Below are positions 1 through 12,997 of a DNA stretch of 64,000 nt, one piece after another. The translations under genes were made by a program, and so were the position numbers. The notes beneath the pieces are model-generated. The model ran no database searches and was not told where the DNA came from. It worked only from the letters and a program-made list of their open reading frames with translations. The first letter of the stretch is position 1. Each line of letters starts with the position of its first letter. This DNA is from Octopus sinensis (lineage: Eukaryota), in contig NC_043020.1 of NCBI RefSeq assembly GCF_006345805.1, positions 29,946,001 through 30,010,000 of the forward strand, in the 5' to 3' direction.

Positions 1-51
1 ACACTTCAACACACTAATCAGCATATACCCATTAGTCCCAAATATTTAATG

Positions 52-67
52 TATATATATATATATA

Positions 68-129
<62 letters not shown>

Positions 130-199
130 TGGCTTTATTATCTTGAAGAGATAAGCGCTAATAAAGAATTATCCAAAATTCTGACTGCCTCCTCTTTAT

Positions 200-246
<47 letters not shown>

Positions 247-429
247 AGAAGGGAACCAAAACAATAAACTAAACAATGAGATAATTTAATCATTAAATGA
301 TTAATTCAGTTTTATTATTTTATGCAAACAAATGACACATCTCATAAATTACAGCTGTTTCGACACCATTAATAAAAACAAGTCTTTCAAGAATAATCAA
401 ATATCGTTAAATATAATGAGGTTCATCAG

Positions 430-490
<61 letters not shown>

Positions 491-510
491 TATATATATA
501 TAATATATGA
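52..510. repeat. (TA)n microsatellites with embedded repeat fragments
   Basis: Direct observation. Confidence 0.95.
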
Positions 511-997
511 TATTTAAACCTTTCTGTATCTTTGATAACATTGGTTCTGTTGAATTGAAGAACTCTGGTTGTTTATCCATTCACATGTCTACCAAAGGTT
601 TTATGAAAATTCAGGCATGCTTCAACGACGTCGTTTCGCGTTACGTCCTTTTGGACTTCGTTTCTTTTTTAAAAAGAAATTAATAGGATAAATAAACCTC
701 AACTTCAGTCGATTTACCCCAATTTACATCGGTCTCAGCTAACATATTTAGAACTAAAATTTTTTTTTTAAAAACTCATCCCCAAACCAATAATAAAATG
801 GAAAATCAAATGAAACGCAAATGAAAACCATTTATTAAAACTTATCTGTTTGTATCACGTGACCGATGTGGGTCTGGATCTAAACTGATTTTAAAAGTGC
901 AAAATCGATACAAATTTAACCGCCAAAGTAGAAAGTAATCTGCAACGAAAGAAAATCAAAACCGTTAGAATGTAAAAAGATATATTTTACCATAAAA

Positions 998-1425
998 GGC
1001 GCAAGAGTGGCTGCGTGGTAAGTAGCTTGCTTACCAACCACATGGTTCCCGGTTCAGTCCTTCTGCTTGGCACCTTGGGCTAGTGTCCTCTACTATAGCC
1101 TCGGGTTGACCGAATCCCTGTGAGTGGATTTGGTAGACGGAAACCGAAAGAAGTCCGGCGTATACATACATATATATATGTGTGTGTGAGAGTGTGTGCG
1201 TATATGTATGTATGTGTGTATGTATGTGTGACTGTTTGTCCCCCACCACCATCGCTTGACAACTGATGCTGGTGTGTTTACGTCCCCGTAACTTAGCGTT
1301 TCGCAAAAGAGTCCGATAGAATAAGTACCAGGTTTACAAAGAATAAGTCCTGGCGTCGATTTGCTCGACTAAAGTCGGTGCTCCAGCATGGCCGCAGTCA
1401 GATGACTGAAACAGGTAAAAGAAAT
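998..1425 (+). mobile_element. tRNA-derived SINE family A, full-length copy
   Basis: Head with A-box (TGGCTGCGTGG) and B-box (GGTTCAGTCC), internal microsatellite, tail ...GACTGAAACA. Further copies at about 2356, 6437, 9028(-), 12190, 17570, 17865(-), 29930, 33065, 38240, 42340(-), 42845, 43400, 58965(-), 62520. Confidence 0.85.
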
Positions 1426-1791
1426 AAGTATTGAAAAAATACGCTCAAAGCGGAACAAGTCAGAAATGTGACGGGATTTTCTTGGGAGCATCGTGTGTGT
1501 GTGTGTGTGTATGTGTTTCAGTACGTGTATGTGTGTGTTTGAGTGCGTGTATGTGTGTGTGTGTGTGTTTGAGTACGTGTATGTGTGTGTGTGTGTGTTT
1601 GAGTACGTGTATGTGTGTGTGTGAATGTGTTTGTGTGTTTATGCGCGTGTATATGCGTGTGTTTGAGTACGTGTGTGTGTTGGAGTACGTTTATGTCTAT
1701 ATATGTACGTGATGTATTTTGAAAACTTTTACATTGTGTACGTACGCACACACACAACACACACGTACACACTCACACACACACACACACA

Positions 1792-1853
<62 letters not shown>

Positions 1854-2276
1854 AATACAACACAACACAACACAATCAGTCTGAATAGATAAGAGTCGAA
1901 ATCCTTTTCTTGTAAATTCATTCACGTTGAAAGAAAATCACGAGTCGAAATATTTGACGTTTGTCCCACTCGCCTTTCTTCCTCTTCAATATTCTTTGTC
2001 GCCTCTTTTCTTTCTTTCTTTCTTTTATTTTGTGTTGTGATGCGAGGTGGGGAGTGGAGGGGGATCCCTTTTATCTTTCGCCGAACCAACCAACCAACCA
2101 ACCAGCCACCCGTCTTACTCTTCTAATATTATAGAACGTCTTCCACAACGAGGCTCATATATTTCTAGTCTCGTCGGTCTTTTTGCCTCTCCGCCATCTT
2201 TAAGTGTTTTGACAAATCAAAAGTGTTAGTGTTACTCGATGCGTACTCTTTATCATTTTCCTCCCTTTTTGTCATC

Positions 2277-2353
<77 letters not shown>

Positions 2354-3089
2354 GCATGACTGTGTGGTAAGAAGCTTGCTTCCCAACCACCTGGTTTACC
2401 GTTCAATCCCACTGCGTGACACTAGGCAATTGTATTCAATAATAGCCCCGGGCCAACCAAAATCTTGAGCGTGAACTTGATAGACGGAAACTGAAGCCCG
2501 CAGTATACACACACACACACACACACGCATGCTCTTCCCTCGGGCGACTCCCTAGTGTCATTCAACAACACCAGAGGCCTTGGAGTAATTATTGATAACA
2601 ATCTAAGCTGGAGTTTCCACGTAAACAGCAAGGTTGACTTGGCCTCCAAGATGTGCTCCTAGATTCTGAGAACTTTCCGGTCTAGAGATGCCCATACTAT
2701 CATCCTTCTCTACTCTACTTTTACCCGACCCCACCTTGAGTACTGTTGCTTACTGTGGTCCCTTCATACGAAGCTACTCATTGTGAAAGTGGAAGCACTC
2801 CAGAGGTCGATGACAAGAAAGATAGACGGCATGAGAGGCATTGACTATCGGGGTCGACTAGAAAAACTCAACCTCTACTCTCTACAACGCCGCCGGGAGC
2901 GCTACATCTTGGGAGCATCGTGTGTGTGTGTGTGTGTTTGAGTATGTGTATGTGTGTGTGTTTGTGTGTGTGAATGTGTTTGTGTATGTATGCGTGTGTG
3001 TGTGTATGCGTGTGTTTGAGTACGTTTATGTCTATATGTACGTGATGTATTTTGAAAACTTTTACATTGTGTACGTACACAAACACACA

Positions 3090-3189
3090 NNNNNNNNNNN
3101 NNNNNNNNNNNNNNNNNNNNNNNNNNNNNNNNNNNNNNNNNNNNNNNNNNNNNNNNNNNNNNNNNNNNNNNNNNNNNNNNNNNNNNNNN
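3090..3189. other. Assembly gap (100 N)
   Basis: Run of N. Confidence 1.
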
Positions 3190-4589
3190 TTTCTTCTGCA
3201 ATGGAAGTGGCGAGACATATTTGTTCTATTTAAACAATTGAAATTTTAAGTGTCCATTCCTGCAAACGATGGCCTCGCAGCAGATTCTCCTCGATCTGGA
3301 ACGGCGAAGTTCTTCCGATGTTGAGCTTCTTGCTGAAAACCGTAGCTGAGGAAAATCCAAAGGAAACTGCTTGTATGTATATATTCATGGAAAGCGGAAT
3401 CAGTGGAGATGATAGTGAGGAACGAAAAAACGTGAAGGACAGAGTACAAAAGAGAAGTGAAAGAAGGCGCTGAGAAGGGTAGAAACACGAAGGAAAAGAG
3501 AACGAGTGAAAAAGAAAATCCCAAAATACGAAAACGGATTGAGTATAAAACGAGAGGATTCGGTCAAAGTGAGTAAAAAGGTAATGAAGGAACGACAACA
3601 CAGCTGTCCCCTGGCGGCAGAATCTGTCACACACACACACACACACACACACGCACGCACGCACGGGATACAACATGAAAGGGATGCCGCCTCACAGTTA
3701 GCTAGCCATTAAAACGGTGTAAATTCTGGCAGTGCAGATATTTTCATTGAAGAGTGGAGGGACTTCAAAAGTAACAGGAGACCCTATGAGGGTGGCGAGG
3801 GTGGGTGAGGGGGAGGCTGGTGGAGGAGTGATGCTTGGTACACGACACAACTTGTGTGTGTGTATGTGTGTGTGTGTGATGTAAGTATGCATGCATGTAT
3901 GTGCGTGTGTGTATGTATGTATGCATATATGAGTGTAATGTATGTGTGTGTGTGTATTAGCTAACATACTTTTGCCAGTATTTATATGCGTGTGTATATG
4001 TGCAGTTATGTATGTGTATGTATTCACATATTTGTGTGTAATTGTTTGTGCTTGTGTGTGTGTGTGTGTGCGTGCGTGCGTGGAAGCTAACATAGTTGCG
4101 TTAGTGTCTATATACGCATGTGTGTTTGTGTGTTAGTTAACACAGGTGTATGAGTATCCGTGTGTGCGTGATTGTGTTTGTCAACTTACACACTTGTGTG
4201 TTAATCTATGGATGCGTCAGAGCAAACACATTTATGTACGAGTATTTATCTGTGTGTGTATGCACGTATGGGTGCGTGTGTGTGTTGGGTCTCACAATTA
4301 TGTATTTGTGTATTTGTGTGTGTGTGTGTGTGTGTGTGGATTATTTAACAAATGTGTGTGCCTGTGCGTGTGAGCTACGTTTGTGTATTCTGCGTGTATG
4401 TGCATGTATTAGCTAAAACACACACACACATATGTGTATGTGTGTGTGTTTGTATATGTACCTATGTATTTATGCATTTGTGTGTGAACTCACTTGTGTG
4501 TGTGTGTGTGTATAAACCTCGTCTTATGAATATATCACCATTTAACATCCGTTTTCTATGCTGGCATGGGTTGCTCATATGTATATAGT

Positions 4590-4972
4590 CTTTTCAAAGC
4601 CCGAAATTTTGGGGGAGGGGATCAGTCGATTAGATCGACCCCAGTACGCAACTGGTACTTAATTTATCGACCCCGAAATGATGAAAGGCAAAGTCGACTT
4701 CGGCGGAATTTGAACTCAGAACGTAAAGAGAGACGAAATACCTATTTCTTTACTACCCACAAAGGGCTAAACACAGAGAGGACAAACAAGGACAGACAGC
4801 CGGATAAAGTCAATTAGATCGACCCCAATGCGTAACTAGTCCTTAATTTATCGACCCCGAAAGGATGAAAGGTAAAGTCGACCTCGGCGGAATTTGAACT
4901 CACAACATAACGGCAGACGAAATACCGCTAAGCATTTCGCCCGGCGTGCTAACGTTTCTGCCAGCTCGCCAC
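4590..4972 (-). mobile_element. SINE family B (Meta-domain type) with internal duplication
   Basis: Head GGCGAGCTGGCAGAAACGTTAGC..GAGTTCAAATTCC and central GCCTTTCATCCTTTCGGGGTCGATAAATTAAGTACC; further copies at about 6790, 21090, 32730, 56350, 56673(+), 58295, 59592(+). Confidence 0.85.
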
Positions 4973-5837
4973 GCCTTTGTATATATTCGTGTGTGTGTGT
5001 GTTTGATCCCATAACAACTTAGTGGTTCAGCAAAAGAGAAGGAAAGAATAAATAACAGGTTTTCATCCTTTTTCGGTGGGAGGGGGTCAATAAAATAATT
5101 ACCAGTTGATCTCTAGGGTCTATTTAATCAACTTAGTCCCATCCCCTCCTCCCGAAATTGTTGTCCTCGTGCCAAAATTTGAAACCGATACGGAAAAGAA
5201 AGAGAAAGCGACGCGTGGGCAGAGTTGTTAACACGCCGGACGAAATGGTTTGTAGCATTTCGTCCGTCTTTATGGTCTGAGCTGAAATTTCGTTGAGGTC
5301 AACTTTGCCTCTCATCCTTCCGGGAGGCGATGAAACAAGCACAAGGTCAGCAATTTCGGGGGTGGGGAATGGGGCTTCACATTTGACCACAATGCCAACA
5401 TGCTGCACCCACACATCTTCTCTTTAACACTTCCCCTGTCCCTTTCTCTGACCCCCATTCAAAAGGTTTCTGAAATTCAAATCTCGACTTCAGCTGAAAT
5501 ATTCTTAAGCTTCCATTTCTTCTTTTACCTTTAATTTTCCAAGTTCAACGCACTTTCCAGGCTAATGCATATACGTACCATACGTACATACATACATACA
5601 GACACACACACACACACTCATACATACATACACACACACACACATACATATATACAGACACACACATACATAAACATATAAACCTATGCATGTGTATGTA
5701 CGTAATACACATGTATAAATTTAAATATATATATATACACACATATATATGAATATATATGCATATATATGTGTAAATATGTATATGTATATATATACAT
5801 ATATATATATATATACATATATGTATATAGATATATG

Positions 5838-5887
<50 letters not shown>

Positions 5888-7959
5888 CACACCTGTCGAT
5901 ATGGCCAAGCATTGTATCGGTAGATACGCTGAACCTGTGCGTACATACATACATGTATACGTACACACACACACACACCGCGCGCGCGCGTGCATATATT
6001 TGTGTGTGTGTGTTTATGTACAAAAAAGAGTGATAGAGAGTTAGTAAAAGAGAGAGAGTGGTGGTGGTGGGGATATGTGTGTAAGTTCGTATCGTGTGTG
6101 TGGATGTGAGGGCATGGCTGGAACCCCTGACGCCTCCCTGTGTCAGCAACAGGCTGTAATTGTGAATGCAGACGATGCGCCCAATGCCCGGCATTGGCCT
6201 TTTATCTGTTGTAACGGATAAGCTGCCCGTGTTTTGACATTGAAAACCGGCTCTTTGATCAGAAGCCGTCCTCCCGGGTAGGCCGAAGCCGGTCTCCACC
6301 CACCGAGCATAGGGGGAGAAGTGGGGCGGGGTTAAGCAAAGGGAGACATACAGACAGATGTGTGATGTAAGTAATATGGGAGGAGAAAGACAAGAAGATG
6401 AAGAAAAAGAAAAGAAAAGAAGAAAAAAGAGGAAGAGGCGCAGGCGTGGCTGTGTGGTAAGAAGCTTGCTTACCAACCACATGGTTCCGGGTTCAGTCCC
6501 ACTGCGTGACATCTTGAGCAGTTGTCTTATACCAAACCTCCGGCCCCACCAAAGCCTTGTGAGTGGATTTGGTAGAAGGGAACTGGGAAAGACTTCCTTT
6601 TGTACCCCGCCAACACCCCTTTATTTTTTAATGTTTTAATTATTTCTTTTTACAGAAACCCCCGTTTATTTCAGAGAAATTTCCCGCGGTAAAAAAGAGG
6701 TATTATAAAAAAAAATTATTGCCAGGAACTTGGGCCCCTAACCAAACAAATGCATTGCCCATCTTGTAAAACTATACAGAGCAAAATTTACAAAGGCACA
6801 GTCTTAGGGGAGGGCGCTAGTCGATTACAGTGCTTGACTGGTACTTTTTTTATCGACCCTGAAAGGATAAGAGGTAAAGTCGACCTCGGCTGAATTTGAA
6901 CTCAGAACGTACAGGCAGACGAAATACCGCTAAGCATTTCGCCCGGCGTGCTAACGTTTCTGCCAGCTCGCCACCTTAATAGTGAAAGTAATGATTTCTT
7001 TATTAACCACAAGGTTTTACATTCAGAAAAACATTACGGAGAGCACAGGAAAAAACAAAGAATATGTTTGTGTGGATGTGAGGGTTTTGAGTGCAAACAA
7101 GACTAACAAATTTTTTTAAAATCAACAATGAGTGATCCTCAACAGGGAGGAGACGTTTGAGGGCTTCTCATGGAAAACCCCCGAAAGAAACCATGGGTTC
7201 CCTGACTTTTGGGGTAGGTGCCTTTTTCTCCTTCTCCTTTTTTTTTCCAACTACAGGTGTATGCTCAGGGCAGGCCAATTCATTCGTACCATTCTCATCC
7301 CTTTCCATAAACTGGTCACAAGACAACTCTTCCCTCTCAAAACCTTATTTTATTTTCCAAATGAAGTTTATCAAAGATTGGTGTAAATGCAGGCTCATCA
7401 AGTTTCACCGACGGAAGCCTCCCCACTAAAATGTATGTGTGTGGCTGCTATTTCTAGCAGATCGAACAACTGAATAGATGTTTCTTGGATGGGTTCTTCA
7501 TAACATTTGTTAATTCTCAAAGTAAAACTACAGAAGATGTTGATGAGGACGATGTCAACGGAACCGTTGGCGTGTTAGTGAAAGTAGTTTAGAGTTGCCT
7601 CCCCTACACTAAGTTTCTCCAAAGACGGTGAACACAAGCGTTCGTCCGCCCAAGCTTTATGGGGAAAAGTCTCTAGTTACTCCTGAAGGTCGCAGATATT
7701 TTGATGAAACTATTTTTCTACTGAACCAAATCTAAAACTATTTATGCCAAAGTGTAGCTGAGGAGGTGTCCTCTTTAAAACTGTTAACAGTTTGCAATTT
7801 AGTCGAGAACTGAATTAGTGGTGGAGCTTGGAAGTTGCTGTGATTGACAAAATGGTGGACTTATGAATATATTCAACCACTGCCGTGGTTGGATGGTAGG
7901 TAATATAGAAGCCATGGCAGTGGTTGAATGACATGTATATATAAATATAATTTTCTTTC

Positions 7960-8328
7960 TTTTTTTTATTTGTTTCGGTCATTTGAATGCGGCCATCCGG
8001 GAGCACCGCTTTTAGTCGAGCAAATCGACCCCAGGACATAGATTGTAAGCCTAGTACTAATTCCATCGATGTCTTTTGCCGAACTGCTAAGTTACGGTGA
8101 CGTAAACACACCAACATCGGTTGTCAAGCGATGGTTGGGGGACAAACACAGACATACACATATATATACGACGGGCTTCTTTCAGTTTCCGTCTACCAAA
8201 TCCACACACAAGGTTTTGGTCGGCTCGAGGCTATAGTAGAAGACACTTGCCCAAGGTATCACGCAGTGGAACTGAACCCAGAACCATGTCATTGGTAAGC
8301 AAGCTACTTACCACACAGCCACTCCTAC
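7960..8328 (-). mobile_element. SINE family A copy
   Basis: Reverse complement of 998-1425. Confidence 0.85.
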
Positions 8329-9707
8329 GTCTCTCTCTCTCTATATATTTATTATACACACAAGTATGGTGATGCAAGCAGAGCTCAAAAGATGAATATA
8401 TTTATTAATATTTAGCAGAAGCAACTCATGTGGCGAGAATTTGGTGCGTTGTCACGTGTCGTGCCAATGTACGAAACTTTCGGCACTTGAGTCACTCTGT
8501 TTGCTTCTGCTAAATATTAAAGCGCGTGTGTGTGTGTGTGTATTGCTGAGAATTACATTTCCCACACCAGGCAGTGTCTTCCACGATGCAGTAAAGTACG
8601 GTGATGCCGACAGACTGAAGAAGGTCTTTCTACGGAAGAGATCCCAAGGGTAACAAGGGAAGTAACTCTTGACATTACTAAATGCATTTTTGATTTCACT
8701 TGAAAAAACGGCTGCTTCCAACATTTTTTGTTTTGAAGCCTATTCTGTTGTGTCTGAGGAGAGTAATTTCCTTTTTGTGCCCAGACACAACAGAATATGC
8801 TTCAACACACGAACTCATATAAAAAATGTTTTTGTTTTGTCGACATTATCGCAGCGGACGCCAATTGGAGTCGAAAAGGTGAAGTTTGCTTCGTAATCGC
8901 GAAGTCCCCAGTTCGAAGCATCTTGGACAAATGTTTTCTGTACCCTCGGGAATTGAGCAGGTGGAAACTACATAGAAGCCCATCGAATGGATTCTAATTA
9001 GTAATTCAATTAGTACAGCTCATCGCTTCCTTGTTCCAGTCCTTAGACCGTTCCCATGCTGGAGCACCACTCGGATGGTCTTAATCGACCCCAGATCTTC
9101 CCTTTTAAGTATTGTCGTACCACTAAGTTATGGGGACATAAACACACAAACACGGGCCGTCAACAAAGACGCATAAATATATATGTATATGTGGCGAGCT
9201 TCTTTCCGTCTACCAAATCCACTCACAAGGCTTTGGTCGTCTCGGGGTTATAGTAGAAGACACTTACCCAAGGTGCCACGCAGTGGGACTGAACCCGGAA
9301 CCATGTCATTGGTAATCAGACTTCTTACCCAAGGTGCCACGCCTCCAGATTAAGCGAAAAACGAATGTCTGAAGAATACTCGACCATTTAGACGTTAATT
9401 CATTTGATCGAATAGAATTCCTCATCGTCAAACGACGGAGATCCACTATCACCATTATCAGAACATGCATTCTCCCCTGCATCAAGCTTTTCCATTTAGC
9501 CAAGAATAATGGTCAGCAAAAGGTTCTGCCGTTTATTTATTAGAAATGGGATTAATTCCGATCTTTTAATCTAAGGTTTTTCATTGAATATTTTTCTTTA
9601 TTCTAAGAACAACTTACGGAACCCTCGACGTTCAAAGTTGTCTCCCTTGCATACCAGATGGGCGTCGGTTATTTAATCGTTTTCGACGCTTGTCATTCAT
9701 TATCCAC

Positions 9708-9767
9708 TCCTCGGTAGTATACCCGCTTGTCACACGGGAGACCTGGGTTCAATTCCTTGCCGGGGAG
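9708..9767 (+). pseudogene. tRNA-Asp(GTC) pseudogene lacking the D-arm
   Basis: TCCTCGGTAGTAT-ACCCGCTTGTCACACGGGAGACCTGGGTTCAATTCCTTGCCGGGGAG aligns to metazoan tRNA-Asp with about 12 nt of D-loop missing; B-box retained. Confidence 0.8.
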
Positions 9768-10289
9768 GTTACTTTTCTTTAGTAGATAATAATATACCTG
9801 ACGGCTGCATGGTTTTGGGTTCAATCGTACTGCATGGTACTTAAGGGTAAGAAGGTCTTTTATTTGTCGTTTGGGTAAAATTTCGTAGTTGGAAAATTCT
9901 AGGTACAAGGTCTGAGATTTTGGGGAAGCGGGTAAGTCGATTACATTTATTACTACAAGGGCTCTTGATTGACCTTAAGGGTAGCTTACTCTGTTGCAAG
10001 TATTCTGACTTTGCCCCTTGCCTGAAGACAAATATTTTAAAAAAGAATTTTCAATTTTTAAAATAGTTATGGGCAAACTAGAATTTCTGAATGCACCTAT
10101 TTTTTTAGTAGTGCGACCTGCTACTAAAAAATAGAAAAAGCCTGGTCATGGGGAAATATTATCTTGCTTAGAAACAGGAGAGGATCGGTGACTCTGTCCA
10201 ATCCATGCAAGCATGAAAGAAAAGTCATCATCGTTTAACGTGTTTTCCATGCTGGCATGGGTTGGAAAGTTTGACTGAGGTCTGAAGAG

Positions 10290-11010
10290 CTATGATGTTG
10301 GTTATACTTGACTCAACAGAGGGACTCTTAACTGGGCCGAACATGCATGGCTCTAATCTCTGTCACGTATGCACAGACATTACACATCCAGCAGATCAAA
10401 CTAGCTTCATTTCTTTCATGTCCTCAGCAGTCATGGCCCATCTGTCACTGCCGTGTAGCATGGCTGTTTGCACACATGCAATCAGTCTACCTTTCATCCG
10501 GAGAGAGAGGCCTTTTATTGCCAGCAGAGGTAGGAGCTCTCTGAACTTTGCCCAAGCTATTCTTATTCAAGCTGTTACACTCTCAGAGCATCCACCCCTG
10601 CTACAGACCTGGTCGCCTCAATAGTGGAAGCTATTAACTACTAGTTTCTCCTCCCTGGCATGCGATGGAATCTGTTTTCTGTACATCTTCAGTGTTTATT
10701 GCTCCTGAGCATCTGCCACATACAAAAACTATCTTCCCAGTTAGCCTTCCTTTGATATTGCTGCACCTTTTATGTGTCCATAGCTTACACTGGGTGAGCA
10801 GGGTCATCTACTTGAAAGGGTTTTTGATTTGACAGCCTTCCTACTCACTAAGACTTTGGTCTTTGCTAGGTTAACCTTAAAGCCCTTCGATTCTACATCT
10901 TACTTCCACACCCTGAACTTTGTCTCTAGTTCTGGCAGTGAGCCAATAGACCAAGGTCACCAGCAGAGAGGAGCTCCCAGGGGCAGAATGTCTTCAATTC
11001 CTCTGTTATT
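10290..11010 (-). mobile_element. Decayed RTE-type LINE reverse transcriptase fragment
   Basis: Minus-strand peptides PWELL.AGDL (YADD-like), KGLKVNLAKTKVLV, KFRELLPL and ACVQTAMLHGS, with frameshifts. Confidence 0.75.
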
Positions 11011-11183
11011 GCCAATGATAATCATTTTTGTCTTTAAGCAGTTGAAATACATCACAAACATATTTTAACTAACCTACCTTTTGATTATATGTGTGTGTGG
11101 TGTGTGTATATATATATATATATATGTATGTACAGGTATGTTGGTGCAAACAGAAAAAGTAGAACTCAAAATACGAGTATATG

Positions 11184-11320
11184 TATATTTTTATTAATAT
11201 TTGGCAGAAGCAACAGAGTAACTCAAAGTTTGAGTTTCGTGCATTGACTCTCATCAACATAGGAAACTCTCAGACCTTGAGTCACTCTGTTGCTTCTGCT
11301 AAATATCAATAAAAATATAT
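11184..11320. repeat. Short palindromic repeat family (copies at 8401-8521 and 23095-23230)
   Basis: Arms TTTATTAATATTTGGCAGAAGCAACAGAGT... / ...ACTCTGTTGCTTCTGCTAAATATCAATAAA. Confidence 0.8.
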
Positions 11321-12997
11321 ATATATGTATGTATATTGGTGTTTCTCTTATTTGTAAACTTAAATGGGATTTGAAAGCCCCACACACTTGTGTTGGCACC
11401 ATAACCATCCATAAGGATTGCAATGCAGACAGTAGCACAGAATGCGGCAGCAGAAGGGTTCCTAAGAGTCATGAACTGGATGTGACCCAACCCCTTAGAG
11501 TGTAAGGAGTAAAGGGCCTGAACGCTACTCTATGGTAGTTGGTTTAGTTCTCTGCATGCCATGAGACACACAAGACCACAATGTGATCTCTGCAACCAGC
11601 TCTGCTTTCTGCCTCTCTTCTGCTCTCATTCCAGCTTCTCCACTGTCCTTGTCTATGGTCCTTCAACATGTGGTTTTAGGGTACCCTGTTGCTCAATCTT
11701 GTCCGATCCAGTTCCAGTGTCTGTGTTTTATTTTGTCACTGATTACAGTAGGGATGCGAGGGTATTCTCATCTGAAGACCGTCTGCTGTTCAGCTCTCCC
11801 TTGGGTCCCTCACTCCTCTATACCATCATCATTATTCAATGTCCGTTTTCCATGCTGGCATGGGTCGGACAGTTTAACAGGCAGCCCCAGGTCACCATTG
11901 GCATGGTTTCCAAAGCTGGATGCCCTTCCCAATGCCAACCACTTTACAGTGTGTTGGTGGTTCTTTTTCATGCCACCAGCACTGGTGAGGTTGCAAGACA
12001 GAAAAGAGAAAAACCTGCAAGACGAAGGGTTAGCGTGGGTTTTGACCGGATGCTGAGAGGCTGAAGTAGGATGGAGAGAGACAAGAACATGTATTTCTTT
12101 CTCACTATCAAAGAGATACATAACTACCCGACATTACAAGGGTGAACAGCAGAAATTGGAAATATATATATATACATATATATACACATAGGTGCAGGCG
12201 TGGTAAGAAGTTTGCTTTTTACCACCGTGTGGCATCTTAAGCAAGTGTCCCCTACTCTTAGTCTCAAGGCAACAAAAGCCTTGTGGGTGGGGTTTGGTAG
12301 ATGGAAACTGACAGAAGTCTGCCGTGTGTGTGTGTGTTTGTTCTGCACCACTGCTTGACAACTGGTGTTGGTGTGTTTACATCCCCATAACCTAGCAGTT
12401 CAGCAAAAGAGATCAATAAAATAAGTACAAGGCTTGAAGAAAATAATAAGGACCGGGCTTGATTTGTTTGACTAAAAATTCTTCAGAGGGATGCCCCAGC
12501 ATGGCCACAGTCTAATGACTGAAAGAAGCAGGAGACAAAAGATTAAAAAAAAAGATACCAACAAGAACAAAGATAAAAAAAGAAAATTTTTGTTTTTTTT
12601 TAAATAAAAGACTTTTCTTTCTTTCTTCACAAAGGAATTTGTAAATCCACAAATGTTGAACGATGGAATTTGGACTGGTTTGTTTCTTTGAATTAGAAAA
12701 GCACAACAGCACCAGCGCCACCGTGAGGACGCTTCCCCAAAGTCTTGTCAGTTCTTCTTGTGTCCAGTTGATGCTGTTGCTGTGGTGCCAACCAATTCCT
12801 TTACACAACAGTCTCTCTCCATCTCTCTCTCTCACTCATTCACTCTTTCTCTCTCTCTCTGTGTTTCTGTCTATCTGTTTCTCTCTCTCTCTTTCTCCTC
12901 CCTTGCTCACATTTCATCCACTTCGACTTACTCTTCTTCTTCTTCTTCTCTCGTATTGTCAATGTTTCACTCCCGCACTTTCCCCCCACGCCCCCTC

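Noticed and set aside
8855-8925. tRNA-like segment (CTTCGTAA...GTTCGAA)
   Set aside because: Stems do not pair; at most a decayed SINE head
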